This document shows, piece by piece, positions 9,011 to 20,230 of a stretch of 64,000 nt of DNA. The translations under genes were made by a program, and so were the position numbers. How positions within the stretch are numbered: the first letter of the stretch is position 1; each line of letters begins with the position of its first letter. The stretch spans positions 1 to 64,000 of the IMG/VR virus record IMGVR_UViG_3300044591_002232; one strand, 5' to 3'. The notes below the pieces were generated by a model. The model ran no database searches. It saw only the letters and a list, made by a program, of their open reading frames with translations, and had not been told where the DNA came from.

Positions 9011-9531
9011 AAATCCGAAACCGGGCTATTCTTCTCTGTGGAGTGCCGACCTCAGGCAAATCTTCCTGGGTGGCACAAAACAGTGACGGTTATATGGTCA
9101 TTTCATCGGACAATATCATCGAAAATTATGCCAAAAATGTTGGCTCTACATATAATGATGTATTCGATGATTATATCGAAACTGCAATTGAATTGATGCT
9201 AGGTCAATTGCGGCATTTTGTTCACCAAGGACAAAATATTATTGTTGATCAGACGCATCTGACTCCAAAGGTACGAAAGCGGAAACTCAAAATGATTCCG
9301 GATCATTATGAGAAGATTGCTGTTTATTTTGAAATTTCTAAAGAAGAAATGTTCCAAAGAAATCATAATAAAGATCGAACCAAGACTATTCCAGATTTTG
9401 TTTTAGAATCTATGCATGGTTCTTATGTTCGGCCCACTATTGATGAGGGATTCTTGACCGTCTATAGCGGCGAAGAATTTTCTCTTGTGCCAGCCGAAAA
9501 ATTGTCACAACCGCAGGCCATTTCTGTTTAA
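9007..9531 (+). CDS. P-loop polynucleotide kinase-like protein (AAA_33)
   Basis: GVPTSGKS, ISSDNI, IIVDQTHL, R-lid; overlaps the ligase stop (TTGA). Confidence 0.8.
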   Translation: MKIRNRAILLCGVPTSGKSSWVAQNSDGYMVISSDNIIENYAKNVGSTYNDVFDDYIETAIELMLGQLRHFVHQGQNIIVDQTHLTPKVRKRKLKMIPDHYEKIAVYFEISKEEMFQRNHNKDRTKTIPDFVLESMHGSYVRPTIDEGFLTVYSGEEFSLVPAEKLSQPQAISV

Positions 9532-9578
9532 GGCGTGCTATTATTAACCTGTCCAACAAACAAAGAGGATTTTAAAAA

Positions 9579-9923
9579 ATGCAACAAACTTATGATCGGT
9601 CTTACAATTTTGATTCTAAGGACCCAAATGTGACCGTGATGGCCCGTGATTCTAGTGGTCGATGGTCACAAACCACTCTTGGCGATGTCCGAGTTTTTTC
9701 GGGATTCACTCATTTTTATTTTGTTGATGAAGTGGATGAAGACGAAGAAATGAAAGAACCTTCTTCTGTTGAACTTGCACGCCAGGGGGTCAATCGAATG
9801 ATCGATTGGATTTCACAGTGGTCAGTCCGAGCGCCTGCAGTTGATGCTAAACTCAACGAATTCCGTACAGAGATTTTTGTTGCGCTTGATGATGTAGAGG
9901 CCGAACTAGACGATACTTGGTGA
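9579..9923 (+). CDS. Hypothetical protein
   Basis: GAGG RBS; follows an operator/promoter. Confidence 0.7.
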   Translation: MQQTYDRSYNFDSKDPNVTVMARDSSGRWSQTTLGDVRVFSGFTHFYFVDEVDEDEEMKEPSSVELARQGVNRMIDWISQWSVRAPAVDAKLNEFRTEIFVALDDVEAELDDTW

Positions 9924-10004
9924 CACTTTTTTAACTGTCACACTAAAAATCAAAACACCTTAAACTCCTGATATACTATTAATAGTTATCAGGAGTTTTT
10001 TCTT

Positions 10005-10676
10005 TTGAATTTTTGTTTAATTGGAGATGTGCATTCGCAATTCACCCGCCTCCATAAAGCAGTGGATTTTGCGCTTTCTAAAAATTTGCAGATTGTCCTT
10101 TTGGGTGATATTTTTGATAGTAAAATTGAATATTCTGATAGTACAGGTGTACTAAATCTTGTTGATAAACTTGTTAATTCTGGGCATATTTGCCTTAATT
10201 CCAATCATCAAGATAAACTAATTCGGCACCTAAAAGGTAATAATGTGTGTCTGAATAATGGCCTAGATCGGACTATTGCTGATTTTGAACGAGATAGTGT
10301 GGATACCAAAAAGGTATTTGATCTATTGACTTCTTTCCCCTACGGTGTCATTCTTAAAAATTCGCATGGCCAAGAGTTTCGGGCTGCTCATGCATATTTT
10401 CCCAATTCTGTGGATGGAAAAAGTGCCATTTATCGATCCGATCTAAATCGAAAATTCAGGGATGTTTTTATTTATGGAAAAGTTGACCGAGACCAAAATC
10501 GGCTAAAATGGTGGGAGACTATCGATCCTGAGCAAAAATTTGTGCGGGTCGCAGGACATTATCATGTCGTCACTGAAACCGAAACTTCACTAGTTTTGGA
10601 TAGTGAATGTGGATCTACAGTGGATGCCCCTCTTTCGCTTTACATTGCGGATTCTGGAGTCATTAAGGAGTTTTGA
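10005..10676 (+). CDS. Calcineurin-like metallophosphoesterase (PrpE/ApaH-like)
   Basis: IGDVH, LGDIFD, NSNH, AAH and AGHYH metal-binding motifs. Confidence 0.85.
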   Translation: MNFCLIGDVHSQFTRLHKAVDFALSKNLQIVLLGDIFDSKIEYSDSTGVLNLVDKLVNSGHICLNSNHQDKLIRHLKGNNVCLNNGLDRTIADFERDSVDTKKVFDLLTSFPYGVILKNSHGQEFRAAHAYFPNSVDGKSAIYRSDLNRKFRDVFIYGKVDRDQNRLKWWETIDPEQKFVRVAGHYHVVTETETSLVLDSECGSTVDAPLSLYIADSGVIKEF

Positions 10677-11152
10677 TGGATTATAAAGATCTTATTCCAC
10701 ATAAAGATGTGCTTCTTCTTAATTCTGACTACAACGCAATTTCCATCATAAAATGGAAAAGAGCTGTTGTTCTTCTAATTAAGAACAAAGTGAAGATGAT
10801 TTCCAAAAGAGTAATCTGCCTTTTAAATTATGTAAAAATTCCGTATCAAAAATTACTGAGCGTCAAGCCAACTAAGAATCTAGTTAAAAAACTAGGCAAT
10901 TATACTTGCGCTTACTGCGGATCTTATAAAGATCTTACAATCGATCATGTGATTCCATTATCTAGGGGAGGTAAACACTTATTTTCTAATCTTGCTTGTG
11001 CATGTAGAAATTGTAATGAAGAAAAGGGAAATATGACGCCAGAAGAATGGGGAAAATTGCCTTACATTCCTCATTATAAACCATCTTCTAAACTAGAAAT
11101 AATTGTGAAAAAATCGAATGTTGAAGAATGGCAACAGTACATTTACACCTAA
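10673..11152 (+). CDS. HNH endonuclease
   Basis: CAYCG, TIDHVIPLSRGG, NLACACRNCNEEKG. Confidence 0.9.
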   Translation: MMDYKDLIPHKDVLLLNSDYNAISIIKWKRAVVLLIKNKVKMISKRVICLLNYVKIPYQKLLSVKPTKNLVKKLGNYTCAYCGSYKDLTIDHVIPLSRGGKHLFSNLACACRNCNEEKGNMTPEEWGKLPYIPHYKPSSKLEIIVKKSNVEEWQQYIYT

Positions 11153-11694
11153 GACACTTGCCAAACTGGCACAAGATCCATAAGATCCCCTAATCACATC
11201 CTATATAATACAAAAGCCCAATTGGAGGACACTTGAACCAGCAGCAAAAATTTATTTATGAGACCATCGCACAAATTGAAGACATTCTTTATGATGCGGA
11301 ATACGATCTCGGATCTGATTCAGTCATCTATAAAAAAACCAAAGATCTTCTTTCTTTCGTAGAAAATTATCAAGAAGAAAACGAATGAGATTCACAGTTG
11401 TTTACAAAATTCCAAAACATAAAAAAGAACAGAAAGCCACCTTTCTGAATATTGAAGATTCCTTCAAATGGGAAAATCATGTAAAAGAAACCCTTAAAGC
11501 CTACGATCTAAAAATTATTCCATCTTAGGAGAATTTGTTTATGCTACCCACTTTTGTAGAGTCCAAAATTCGCATTGTTGATGTTGACATTATTCTTGAA
11601 GAAGACGGGTACTATTCTGTAGTCACCTATTCTGATGGGAAATTTGATGAGTTTGGCCCTTATGATTCTTATCAAGAGGCCGAATCGGCTGTTT

Positions 11695-11702
11695 ACTAAA
11701 TA
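11695..11702 (+). promoter_or_regulatory. Late-promoter-like ACTAAATA before a 40-aa acidic ORF (METQVIEKK..., ~11732-11854)
   Basis: Box followed by an AGGAGG RBS and ATG. Confidence 0.5.
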
Positions 11703-12275
11703 CAACTAACCCACAAAAAGGAGGGAACACCATGGAAACTCAGGTCATTGAGAAAAAGCAAGATTGGGAAATTCTTGAGTACCTTAATAGGGACGTAGAG
11801 GAAGAAGAAAATGAAGAGCCTTGCTATCCAGAATTTGATGACTGGGCAAGGTGACAATTGAAGAACTGTCCACTAATGGATAAAAAAGCAAAAATGCCTG
11901 TTAGGATCAAGAGGTCTAGAGAGAAGCTATCATCTTCTCTGATTGACGAACTTCTAGAGACTGATATTTTTCAGTCATCTGTCAAGGAAGAATTATCTTT
12001 AGAAGTAAAACAACTTCTAAAGGACTTTTAATTTATTATATTTGGAGTTATTTTTATGAACGAACAAGAAGCAATGGCGATTATTCGCTCTGGCAAAAAC
12101 GGCAGTCAAATTCTAGATCTTCTAGATAAGATTGTTTCTCTTTCCGATGTTGAAGAAACATCGTCAGAGGTTTCTGAAGAGATTGTGTTTGCCGACTGAC
12201 ACTTTTTAAACTGTCCACCGTATGCCCATTCTATTCGTAGGATGGGCTATTATTTTGGAAGTTCACTAAAGACTT

Positions 12276-12746
12276 ATGACTTCTAAATCTCAACTGCAAA
12301 CCAAAATTCAAGAACTGGAATCCGAGCTTCAAGAGTTCAAACAACAACTGAATAACTACAAAGAGACACCAACCATCGAAACCGCCAAAGTTGGTGATGT
12401 TCTAGAAGACGGTTGTATTGTACTCAAAAAAGAAAATGGTCTCGCTCTTTTGGTGGCCCCAAAATCAACCGAGGTTTATGATACTTGGAGTAAAGAGTTT
12501 TCAACAGTATTCAAGAAACTAGAAAAACAAGGATTTAATCCTTCTCAGTTCTTTATTCCAACCATGGATCAACTTAATCTTGCCTATAAGACCATTCCTC
12601 AACACTTCGCCAGCAACATCTATTGGTCTTCTACAGAGTTTAATGCTACGGGTGCTTACTATCAGGGCTTTAGCGGTGGTAGCATCTTCAGCTTCCGTAA
12701 GACGGCCGCGTGCAGTGTGCGTGCCTTCCGGTGTGTTACTTATTGA
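12276..12746 (+). CDS. DGR-target-like protein: coiled coil + C-type-lectin-fold (DUF1566-like) variable domain, copy 1
   Basis: C-terminus YWSSTE..A....F..G......K.....VRAFR is typical of DGR CLec targets; paralogue at 50780-51250. Confidence 0.8.
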   Translation: MTSKSQLQTKIQELESELQEFKQQLNNYKETPTIETAKVGDVLEDGCIVLKKENGLALLVAPKSTEVYDTWSKEFSTVFKKLEKQGFNPSQFFIPTMDQLNLAYKTIPQHFASNIYWSSTEFNATGAYYQGFSGGSIFSFRKTAACSVRAFRCVTY

Positions 12747-12935
12747 ACCTTGAATTTTGATACTTGATACTTAAGCAAAGTTATGAAATCATATTCAGCC
12801 CACTCGGACACCGAATTCTACGAGACAGACAATTTAAAAGAGGTAATTGAAGTTGCCCAGTCCATGGCCGAACATTTCGGCTCATCATACGTCATAAACA
12901 ACCAAACTAACGAAATTATTGAGAGGTTTTAAAAA

Positions 12936-14486
12936 GTGATTCTGAATTTTACTGTTCCTGAAAATCTTTACGGTAAGATCGAGGCCTACGATACCGTAAA
13001 ACCCAAAACACAGAAGACTAGCAATAAAGGTCCTGTTTTCCCTCGGGCAGGTATTCCAGAGAATCTGGTTCCCGAAAATATTCTTCCAAAACAGCAACTT
13101 CTCAATATTATTCAAACCCTGAATCGATCAAATGATCCACATTATAGGTTTGTGGTCCAACAACACCACATTGATGATCAGAAAAAAATTCTGATCTGCA
13201 AACTTTCCAGTAAGTATTGGTTTGCCATTTGGTTTGACATGAATGATTCTGAGACAGTCTTTCATTATTCTCTTTGTCTGAGGAATCTCTCTTCTTATAA
13301 AACCTATAGGGATAATAACTTCTTTAGGGACCATAAAGTTAGTGAAGAGGACTTCACTTCCCAGAAACACAATAAAAAAGAATATCTTTATTTGTTCCGG
13401 TCTGTGACCCCAGAAGATCTTAAAAATAGGAAATATGAACTGTTTCCCAACTTTCCGTATTACAATGTGCATGGTGATTTTCTTCTCCCCTTTAAGACAA
13501 AACTAGCCAAATACATCAGGGTTTGGAATAATGAGCAAGATCCCTTTCGGGCCTACAATACCTCACTGGCAACTATTATGGGGTATTATGATTCATCGCT
13601 CAGTTCAACTGATCTGTTCAACTGGATTCCGGACACTTCACACTTTATTATAATCACTTATTCTATTAAAGAAATTATTTCTATTCTAGAAACTCCTTTC
13701 TTTAAAAAAGCAATTCAGACTTATATTCAGTCTTTCATTGATGAATATAATTCAATGGAGCGGTATCGGGCTATTAATTCTGGCCCGTTGTTGGCGAAGA
13801 TTAGGGCAATTAATCTTGCTTATTCTCTTTATGGCGAAGAACTTTCTCTGGATCTTTATCAACAGATTTGGAATGCCGAGATGTCAAATACTTCCTATGC
13901 CTTTAATGCTTCCAATAGTCATGAATTTGTTTCTTCTTGGATGCGAAACAATGTCCCGGCCAAGTCTTTTGTGAATATGTTTGTTCGGTCTTCTGGTGAA
14001 ATTTCAGATGCAATCTCCATGCTTTCTGATATTTTGCGAAGGAATGGAGAGATTACTTATGAGGGAAGGTGGAGGCCCAGGGAATTTCATGATCATATTA
14101 TGAGCGAACAATGGAAGCTCCGCAATAAAAATGAAAAACTGAATCAGGATCTTTTCCCACAACCTCTTAAAGTTGAGAATATGACCTACATTCAGCCGTT
14201 TGACGTCCACCAATTGTCGAAGTGGGGTCGAGAAGTTAGAAATTGTGTCGGTAATTCTACCTATATAAACGGCATCAAAAACAAGACGCACTTTATTATT
14301 CTTGGTCTAAAGAATAATGAACCCTATCTGACGGTGCAGGCGAGACTTGAGAACCAGAATTTTAAGGTGGTTCAAATTGTAAAAGTTTGTAATGCTAGTT
14401 TGAATACTCAAGAAACCCAGGAATTCAATAAAACCTTCTCAAAGGCCCTGGAAATTCGCACAAAAGAAATCGCAAAACAAGCATGA
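12936..14486 (+). CDS. PcfJ-like domain protein
   Basis: C-terminal FHDHI...QLSKWGREVRNCVG...LTVQ resembles the PcfJ domain. Confidence 0.65.
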   Translation: MILNFTVPENLYGKIEAYDTVKPKTQKTSNKGPVFPRAGIPENLVPENILPKQQLLNIIQTLNRSNDPHYRFVVQQHHIDDQKKILICKLSSKYWFAIWFDMNDSETVFHYSLCLRNLSSYKTYRDNNFFRDHKVSEEDFTSQKHNKKEYLYLFRSVTPEDLKNRKYELFPNFPYYNVHGDFLLPFKTKLAKYIRVWNNEQDPFRAYNTSLATIMGYYDSSLSSTDLFNWIPDTSHFIIITYSIKEIISILETPFFKKAIQTYIQSFIDEYNSMERYRAINSGPLLAKIRAINLAYSLYGEELSLDLYQQIWNAEMSNTSYAFNASNSHEFVSSWMRNNVPAKSFVNMFVRSSGEISDAISMLSDILRRNGEITYEGRWRPREFHDHIMSEQWKLRNKNEKLNQDLFPQPLKVENMTYIQPFDVHQLSKWGREVRNCVGNSTYINGIKNKTHFIILGLKNNEPYLTVQARLENQNFKVVQIVKVCNASLNTQETQEFNKTFSKALEIRTKEIAKQA

Positions 14487-14710
14487 AAAAACTGAAAGTT
14501 AAGGCTCCTTATAATCACCACATGGAGTATCGTCATGATATTCAGAGAATTGTAGAAATCTTTGCCAAACGGGGTTATGAGATTTCTGAATCTGATGCTG
14601 TGATTACCTGGGAACAATTTTCTGATAGTATGTGCGCAGGGTGGATGATTTTAGGAACCGATGATGAAGTGTTTGAGGGCGCTTTTTATTACTTCGAGGC
14701 AGCCGAATGA
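14483..14710 (+). CDS. Hypothetical protein
   Basis: Coupled ATGA overlaps on both sides. Confidence 0.7.
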   Translation: MKKLKVKAPYNHHMEYRHDIQRIVEIFAKRGYEISESDAVITWEQFSDSMCAGWMILGTDDEVFEGAFYYFEAAE

Positions 14711-15504
14711 GAGTGCGCGTAGTTTCAGATATTCACTTAGAATTTTGCCAAGACGGACATGGAATTCCTGATCTTGGATCCGGAGAAGTTTTGATTTTAG
14801 GTGGTGACATTTTATGTGCAAGACATCTTGTCAAGGATGGGCCACTAAAACGGATTTATTCCGATTTTCTTAATAAATGCATACAAAATTTTGAGGACGT
14901 AATTTACCTAAATGGAAACCATGAGCACTATTCTCTAAACTACAACAAAACATTTGAGATTCTTAAAGAACACCTTCCAAAAGAAATCCATTATCTAGAA
15001 AACGATTATGTAAAAATCAAAGATGTTATTTTCCTCGGTTGCACTCTATGGACCGACTTCTTTAATGAAGATCCAATTGAAATGTTGGATGCTTCTAGAT
15101 TTATGTCTGATTATAATGTAATCAGAATCGATTCTACTTATAGAAAACTAAGGCCAGAAGATACTCTTTATTTTCATAAAAAGTCAAGAAAATTTCTTGA
15201 AGAAAAGGTAGAAGAGTTTAAAGATTATAAGATCTGGATTTGCACTCATCATACCCCCTCTTATCAGTCGATTCATGAGAAGTACAAAAATCAGGCTCTT
15301 AATGGCGCCTTTGCTAGTAATTTAGATGACTTTATTTTGAATCATCCACAGATTAAGTATTTTAGTCATGGACATACTCATGAAAGTTTTGATTATAAAA
15401 TTGGTGAGTGTCGAGTGATATGTAATCCGCGTGGGTATTACAATGGCTATAATAGTTCCGGACTAAATCCTAATTTTGATCCAGATTTAGAAATAGTAGT
15501 GTGA
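14707..15504 (+). CDS. Metallophosphoesterase
   Basis: SDIHLE, GGDI, GNHE, THH and HGHTH motifs. Confidence 0.9.
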   Translation: MRVRVVSDIHLEFCQDGHGIPDLGSGEVLILGGDILCARHLVKDGPLKRIYSDFLNKCIQNFEDVIYLNGNHEHYSLNYNKTFEILKEHLPKEIHYLENDYVKIKDVIFLGCTLWTDFFNEDPIEMLDASRFMSDYNVIRIDSTYRKLRPEDTLYFHKKSRKFLEEKVEEFKDYKIWICTHHTPSYQSIHEKYKNQALNGAFASNLDDFILNHPQIKYFSHGHTHESFDYKIGECRVICNPRGYYNGYNSSGLNPNFDPDLEIVV

Positions 15505-15755
15505 CAATTTTCAAACTGGCACACGATTTATCTGATACCCCAAAAAACTCCTACAATAATCCCAGTTAGCAAAAAACTCATGCCGCCACATCTAACCCTC
15601 CAAACATCATCAGCATTTGAACGAATCTATGATGCTATTATGGGGAAAACATCCGATGACCTTTCGGCAATCAATCTTCATTTGCGTGAACTTCTGCGCA
15701 AAGCAAATGAAGTAGAAGAAATTCGCGCAGAACTTAACAATTGATGTAAAAAATT

Positions 15756-16166
15756 ATGAAAAATCAAAATGGCTTTATTGATCCTGTTGTCGGGACTGTT
15801 ATTGCTGGGGTAGTCTTGATAGGTGCCCTGGCCTTTGGTCTTCCACAATATAATGTATGGCAACAGTCTCTTTCTGGTAAGGCAGAGCTACAAAAAGCCG
15901 AATATACACGACAGGTGGCTGTTCTAGAAGCCCAGGCCAAAAAAGACTCCGCATCGCAACTCGCTGAAGCCGAGATCATTAGGGCCGAAGGCGTTGCCAA
16001 GGCGAATGCCATTATTGGAGAATCCCTGAAAGGAAATCCTGCCTATCTTCAATATCTTTGGATTACTCAAGGTGAGGAAAACACCCAACGAACTGTTTAT
16101 ATGGTTCCGAGCAATGGTGGCGCACCTGTTCCAACTTTTGATATTCAGGTTCCTGCGCAAAAATGA
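15756..16166 (+). CDS. Membrane-anchored protein with SPFH/band-7-like C-terminal helix
   Basis: N-terminal TM segment, then AEAEIIRAEGVAKAN...YLQYLW. Confidence 0.65.
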   Translation: MKNQNGFIDPVVGTVIAGVVLIGALAFGLPQYNVWQQSLSGKAELQKAEYTRQVAVLEAQAKKDSASQLAEAEIIRAEGVAKANAIIGESLKGNPAYLQYLWITQGEENTQRTVYMVPSNGGAPVPTFDIQVPAQK

Positions 16167-16606
16167 ATGAAATCATCTTTTCGGCACACTCTCCTGCTGT
16201 TCTATGTGCCAACTATCCCGAATATAAAGTGGAATTTAAGATTGAAAACGGAGATGTAAATGTCCGAGAATATCTTACAGTTTTTAATAACTTCCTAAAG
16301 GCTCTTGGGTTCTCAGATTATACAATTCTAAAAGGGGAACTACAAGCCGCAACCGATAAGAATTGCAATGATTCAAAAATGGTAGATGAAATTCTAGAAA
16401 TGGAAGGTCTTATGGATTCTTTTGATCACACCCAGGAAATTCTAGATCTTGAACAAAACCATAAAGAAGAACTAGATCGTTATGAGGCCGAAATTATCAA
16501 ACTAAAGGCCGAGCTGTCTAGACTCAAGGATCCCGACAATCCCCAGTACACTGATGAAGAACTAGTTGCCATGCACACAAAAAGCCCAGACAAGCTATGG
16601 GACTAA
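16163..16606 (+). CDS. Hypothetical protein
   Basis: Coupled ORF with C-terminal coiled coil. Confidence 0.7.
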   Translation: MNEIIFSAHSPAVLCANYPEYKVEFKIENGDVNVREYLTVFNNFLKALGFSDYTILKGELQAATDKNCNDSKMVDEILEMEGLMDSFDHTQEILDLEQNHKEELDRYEAEIIKLKAELSRLKDPDNPQYTDEELVAMHTKSPDKLWD

Positions 16607-17318
16607 TTCGACTTTTTGATTGGTATAAAGGATGGGATTACGGTTGGGATGTTTATCTAATTTTAGGCCAATTTAAAAAATTCAATCTATTTGAGGCCAC
16701 GTTTTCTCAGTCTATGTGTATGGACTGGGAACCCAATGTTTCTTTGAGAGTTTCTCTTTTTTCTGGATCGGTCTTCTCTTTTAGAATCGAGATTTATTCT
16801 TTGGTTTTTTATTGTGATTTTATTACTTATCGTTGTCCAATGGATCTTTTGCACACAAGAGAATGAACTTTATTTTAAATCTCTGGTATAAATTCCAGAT
16901 GTGGAGATGGAAACGTAAATGCATCAAATATTTTAGTTGTAAATCGGAAACGATTTATGTTTCTCAACAAGATTATGATGCATTGGTCAGGAGAATCAAT
17001 GAGCCACCAGATCCAGAAACAGTTGAGAAATTGAAGAAATTTATGAATAGAAAATCACCCTGGGAGTCTTTAAATGACAGAAAAGGAAGTTCAGAAAATG
17101 ATTGATGAGGCCATTAAATCCCACGAAATCCGGGTTGGCTGGATTAGTGGGATTATTGGCGCTCTGTTTACTTTTGGGATCATTCACTCTATTTGGCTAA
17201 TTAAACTCAATGTCAACTACTGAATTTTTAGAATTTGTAGATTTTTTCTCAAGAGAACTTTACCTGTTCATTGCTTTTTTATGTGGTCTAATTCTGGGTT
17301 ATATTATAGGTTTTAGAG

Positions 17319-17549
17319 ATGGCCAATAACAGACTGATTCTTCTTCGATATTTGGGTAGTATTCTTGTACTAATCGGATATTTTTTTCTTTTAAATGTTG
17401 ATATTTTAACCGGGGTTTCTCTGCGAATTGTTGCAAACTGTCTCTCTCTTCCTTGGGCAATAAAATATAAAATTTGGGATTTTGTGATTCTTCTTGTATT
17501 CTTTTTGGTTTTAGAGATTGCAAAATTTATCGAGTTGACCACTTCTTGA
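17319..17549 (+). CDS. Small membrane protein
   Basis: Two to three hydrophobic segments; GAG RBS. Confidence 0.65.
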   Translation: MANNRLILLRYLGSILVLIGYFFLLNVDILTGVSLRIVANCLSLPWAIKYKIWDFVILLVFFLVLEIAKFIELTTS

Positions 17550-17592
17550 ACTGGCACACTACTATTGCTGAGTGGTGTGCTTTACCTTATGA

Positions 17593-17841
17593 TTGTCTGG
17601 TAAACAAAGGAGGTTCATCATGATGACAGAAAAAGAATTAAACCATGTAATTGATATGTCAGATTTCTGGGAAACTCACGACAAGAAAAGTCAGTCTTAT
17701 CTTGGAAAAATTCCTTCTAAAGATTTCTGGGATGAGGCGTATCAACTTTTTCTTGATTATGCAACACCAGAAGAACTGGAAACAGACACACTAAAACGAG
17801 AAACACTACAAAAAATTTCTACTGCATTGGGATTTGAATGA
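17593..17841 (+). CDS. Hypothetical protein, paralogue of 19202..19414
   Basis: YATPEELETDTLKRETL vs CATAEELEKDIIKKETL. Likely start at the ATG after GGAGG (~17619). Confidence 0.65.
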   Translation: MSGKQRRFIMMTEKELNHVIDMSDFWETHDKKSQSYLGKIPSKDFWDEAYQLFLDYATPEELETDTLKRETLQKISTALGFE

Positions 17842-18287
17842 TGACTAAAACCTTTACGCTAACACTCAGCGAAAAACAGGCCCAGACAATCTCAACTGCC
17901 TGTGAACTTCTGTCTCGCATTCAAAGTGGGCAGATTCTAGAGGCATTTGGGCACCTCCCACTTAAAAAAGACATTGATTGGGGAGTTTATCACGAAATTC
18001 GAGATGACCTGACCAAAAGGATGCCCGAAATTTTTATGGACGGGATTGATGGTTATGGCTCTTTTTTGGGGGTTAGAAATACCAAACTTCCAGAATCCCG
18101 CGACATTGCCTGGGACCTGTATCAGGTCATTCGCCACCACCTTTCTTGGCAGAAAGCCGTAGAAGATGGTATTGTCGAGAGTATGGATTCCCCAAGGGTG
18201 TTTCTTAAGATGATGGGAGTGAATTATGATACTCCAATGAAATTTGGCTGTGAATCACTTGCAAAAATGGAGATGATTGATGACTGA
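17838..18287 (+). CDS. Hypothetical protein
   Basis: 149-aa coupled ORF. Confidence 0.7.
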   Translation: MMTKTFTLTLSEKQAQTISTACELLSRIQSGQILEAFGHLPLKKDIDWGVYHEIRDDLTKRMPEIFMDGIDGYGSFLGVRNTKLPESRDIAWDLYQVIRHHLSWQKAVEDGIVESMDSPRVFLKMMGVNYDTPMKFGCESLAKMEMIDD

Positions 18288-19201
18288 CCTAGAAACTATG
18301 TTCACTAAATGTCGAAGTTCAGTTTGACAAAAATGGAATTCCTACTTTTGAGATTGAAAAATGACTGATGATCAAATCGTTAAAATTGTTATGAAATATT
18401 TTCTTCCTTATAGTGATGGTGAGGAGGGGGATTTACAATGGTGGGGTAAACATCAAGATATATTAGATTTCGCCCAGGCAATGTATAAGCAAGGTTATCA
18501 CCAAGGAACTTTTGATGAAAGTGCTCGTTACATTGGGGAAGATTATTGATGACTGAAACACCTAAAATAGACAAATTCATTGACGAAATATTCTTCTTAA
18601 AATCATCACACAAACTCTTAGAAAACCTTTTTGATGAAATTGGTCCATATAAGCATGGTGAAATTTCTTCTGAATTGTGGTACAAAGTTTGCAACCACTT
18701 TAATTTTGATGATAGTGAATAAATTCCAATTGTAAAATGGGGAAGATTAACTGAAAAATGATTGACCAAATGCAAAAAGAATTTGACGAATGGTTCTATG
18801 GCTTCTATGGTCGATTCTCATTCAGAATAGAGTATTTTTATGAGGACTGTGGAGTAGAGGATGTAGAAACTCGCAGAAAATTACTTCTTAGATAGATTAA
18901 GTCCGCTTTTGAAGTTGGTTATGAGAGTGGTTATAACCAAGGACGTGATGTTATGATGTAACTGGAGAGCAATGATGACTAGAAACCCCATCGCAATTTC
19001 TGATAATTTCGTTCTTTGTGAAGATGGAACGATTTGGAGGTGGAACAAAAGAAGTTCTGCTTTTTACTACGCTCTTGAACATTGGGAAAAGATGATACCT
19101 ATTCCAGATGATGAAGAATATCAAAAACAATGTGATTTCCACAAAGAACTTTATACTGATTATTGTGAAAAACTTCAAAGAGGGAAATTAGGTGGTAAAA
19201 C

Positions 19202-19414
19202 ATGGACCCATTAGAAGAAAAAAGAATGTATTCTTATTTTGGTCGAATCCCATCTATTGACTTGTCTGATTATGAGTACCATATTTTTCTTACTTGTGCA
19301 ACTGCAGAAGAACTAGAGAAAGATATTATTAAAAAAGAAACATTGGTGACAATTGCTAAAATGTTGGGGAAAGATTTGACCAAGTGGGGATGGGATCGAC
19401 TGGACACTCAATAA
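19202..19414 (+). CDS. Hypothetical protein, paralogue of 17593..17841
   Basis: Shared ATxEELExDxxKxETL motif. Confidence 0.65.
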   Translation: MDPLEEKRMYSYFGRIPSIDLSDYEYHIFLTCATAEELEKDIIKKETLVTIAKMLGKDLTKWGWDRLDTQ

Positions 19415-20023
19415 TCTGGCACACTACTCTTGCTGAGTGGCGTGCTTTTGGTTTATAATACTAAAGTAAATCCTGGAGCAACAACATGACTGACGAACAA
19501 CTAATTGAAAAAGTGGCCGAAATTCTCTTTAAAGAAGAAGAACTTGATTGCCTTTACATTTATGACAATCTTGAGGTTCTTTTTATCGATGAAAGGCCCG
19601 AACTTCGTAAAAAGTATATAGAATGGCAAAAGCATGAAGAACTTCGGGCAAAGGAGCAAGAAGTAATGGAATTAGGATTTCGACTAGCAAAAGCACAAAG
19701 AGAACTTGAGGAGATTAAGGGACAGTGAACAATCCTAAACTATCTGCATTGGACCTTTCCGTAATTCTTGATACACTCACTAGAACTCTATCAATTGCGG
19801 GGTTTGAACAGGCTCTGGGTGGTTATACTAAAGATGCCAGAGAAGCCGTTCTTGAAAAAGTTTATGCAATTATGGACAATATGGAAATGGAAAATTTATA
19901 ATTATGATTTTTATAGTAATTATTTTACTGTTGATATTGGCGGGATACCGCATTGAAATAAAATTTGGAGACCTTGATGACTAAAGCTGAAATTTCAAAC
20001 CTAATTACACCAGAATTTCCACC

Positions 20024-20230
20024 ATGCAGAATAATTTAAAAACACTTGACGAACATAATAAGATTGTTGAAGAATTAAGAAAAATTCAACCGACCGGCCA
20101 TACTGGAATCGCCTGTCCGAATTGTGGGAATGAACTTTTTGATATTTCCCCTGGACTTGTTCTACTATCTAATCCACCACAATATAGAGTTTTTTGTAGA
20201 GTATGCAATTGGATGGGGTGTAGGTACTAA
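20024..20230 (+). CDS. Zinc-ribbon protein
   Basis: CPNCG...CRVC. Confidence 0.65.
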   Translation: MQNNLKTLDEHNKIVEELRKIQPTGHTGIACPNCGNELFDISPGLVLLSNPPQYRVFCRVCNWMGCRY

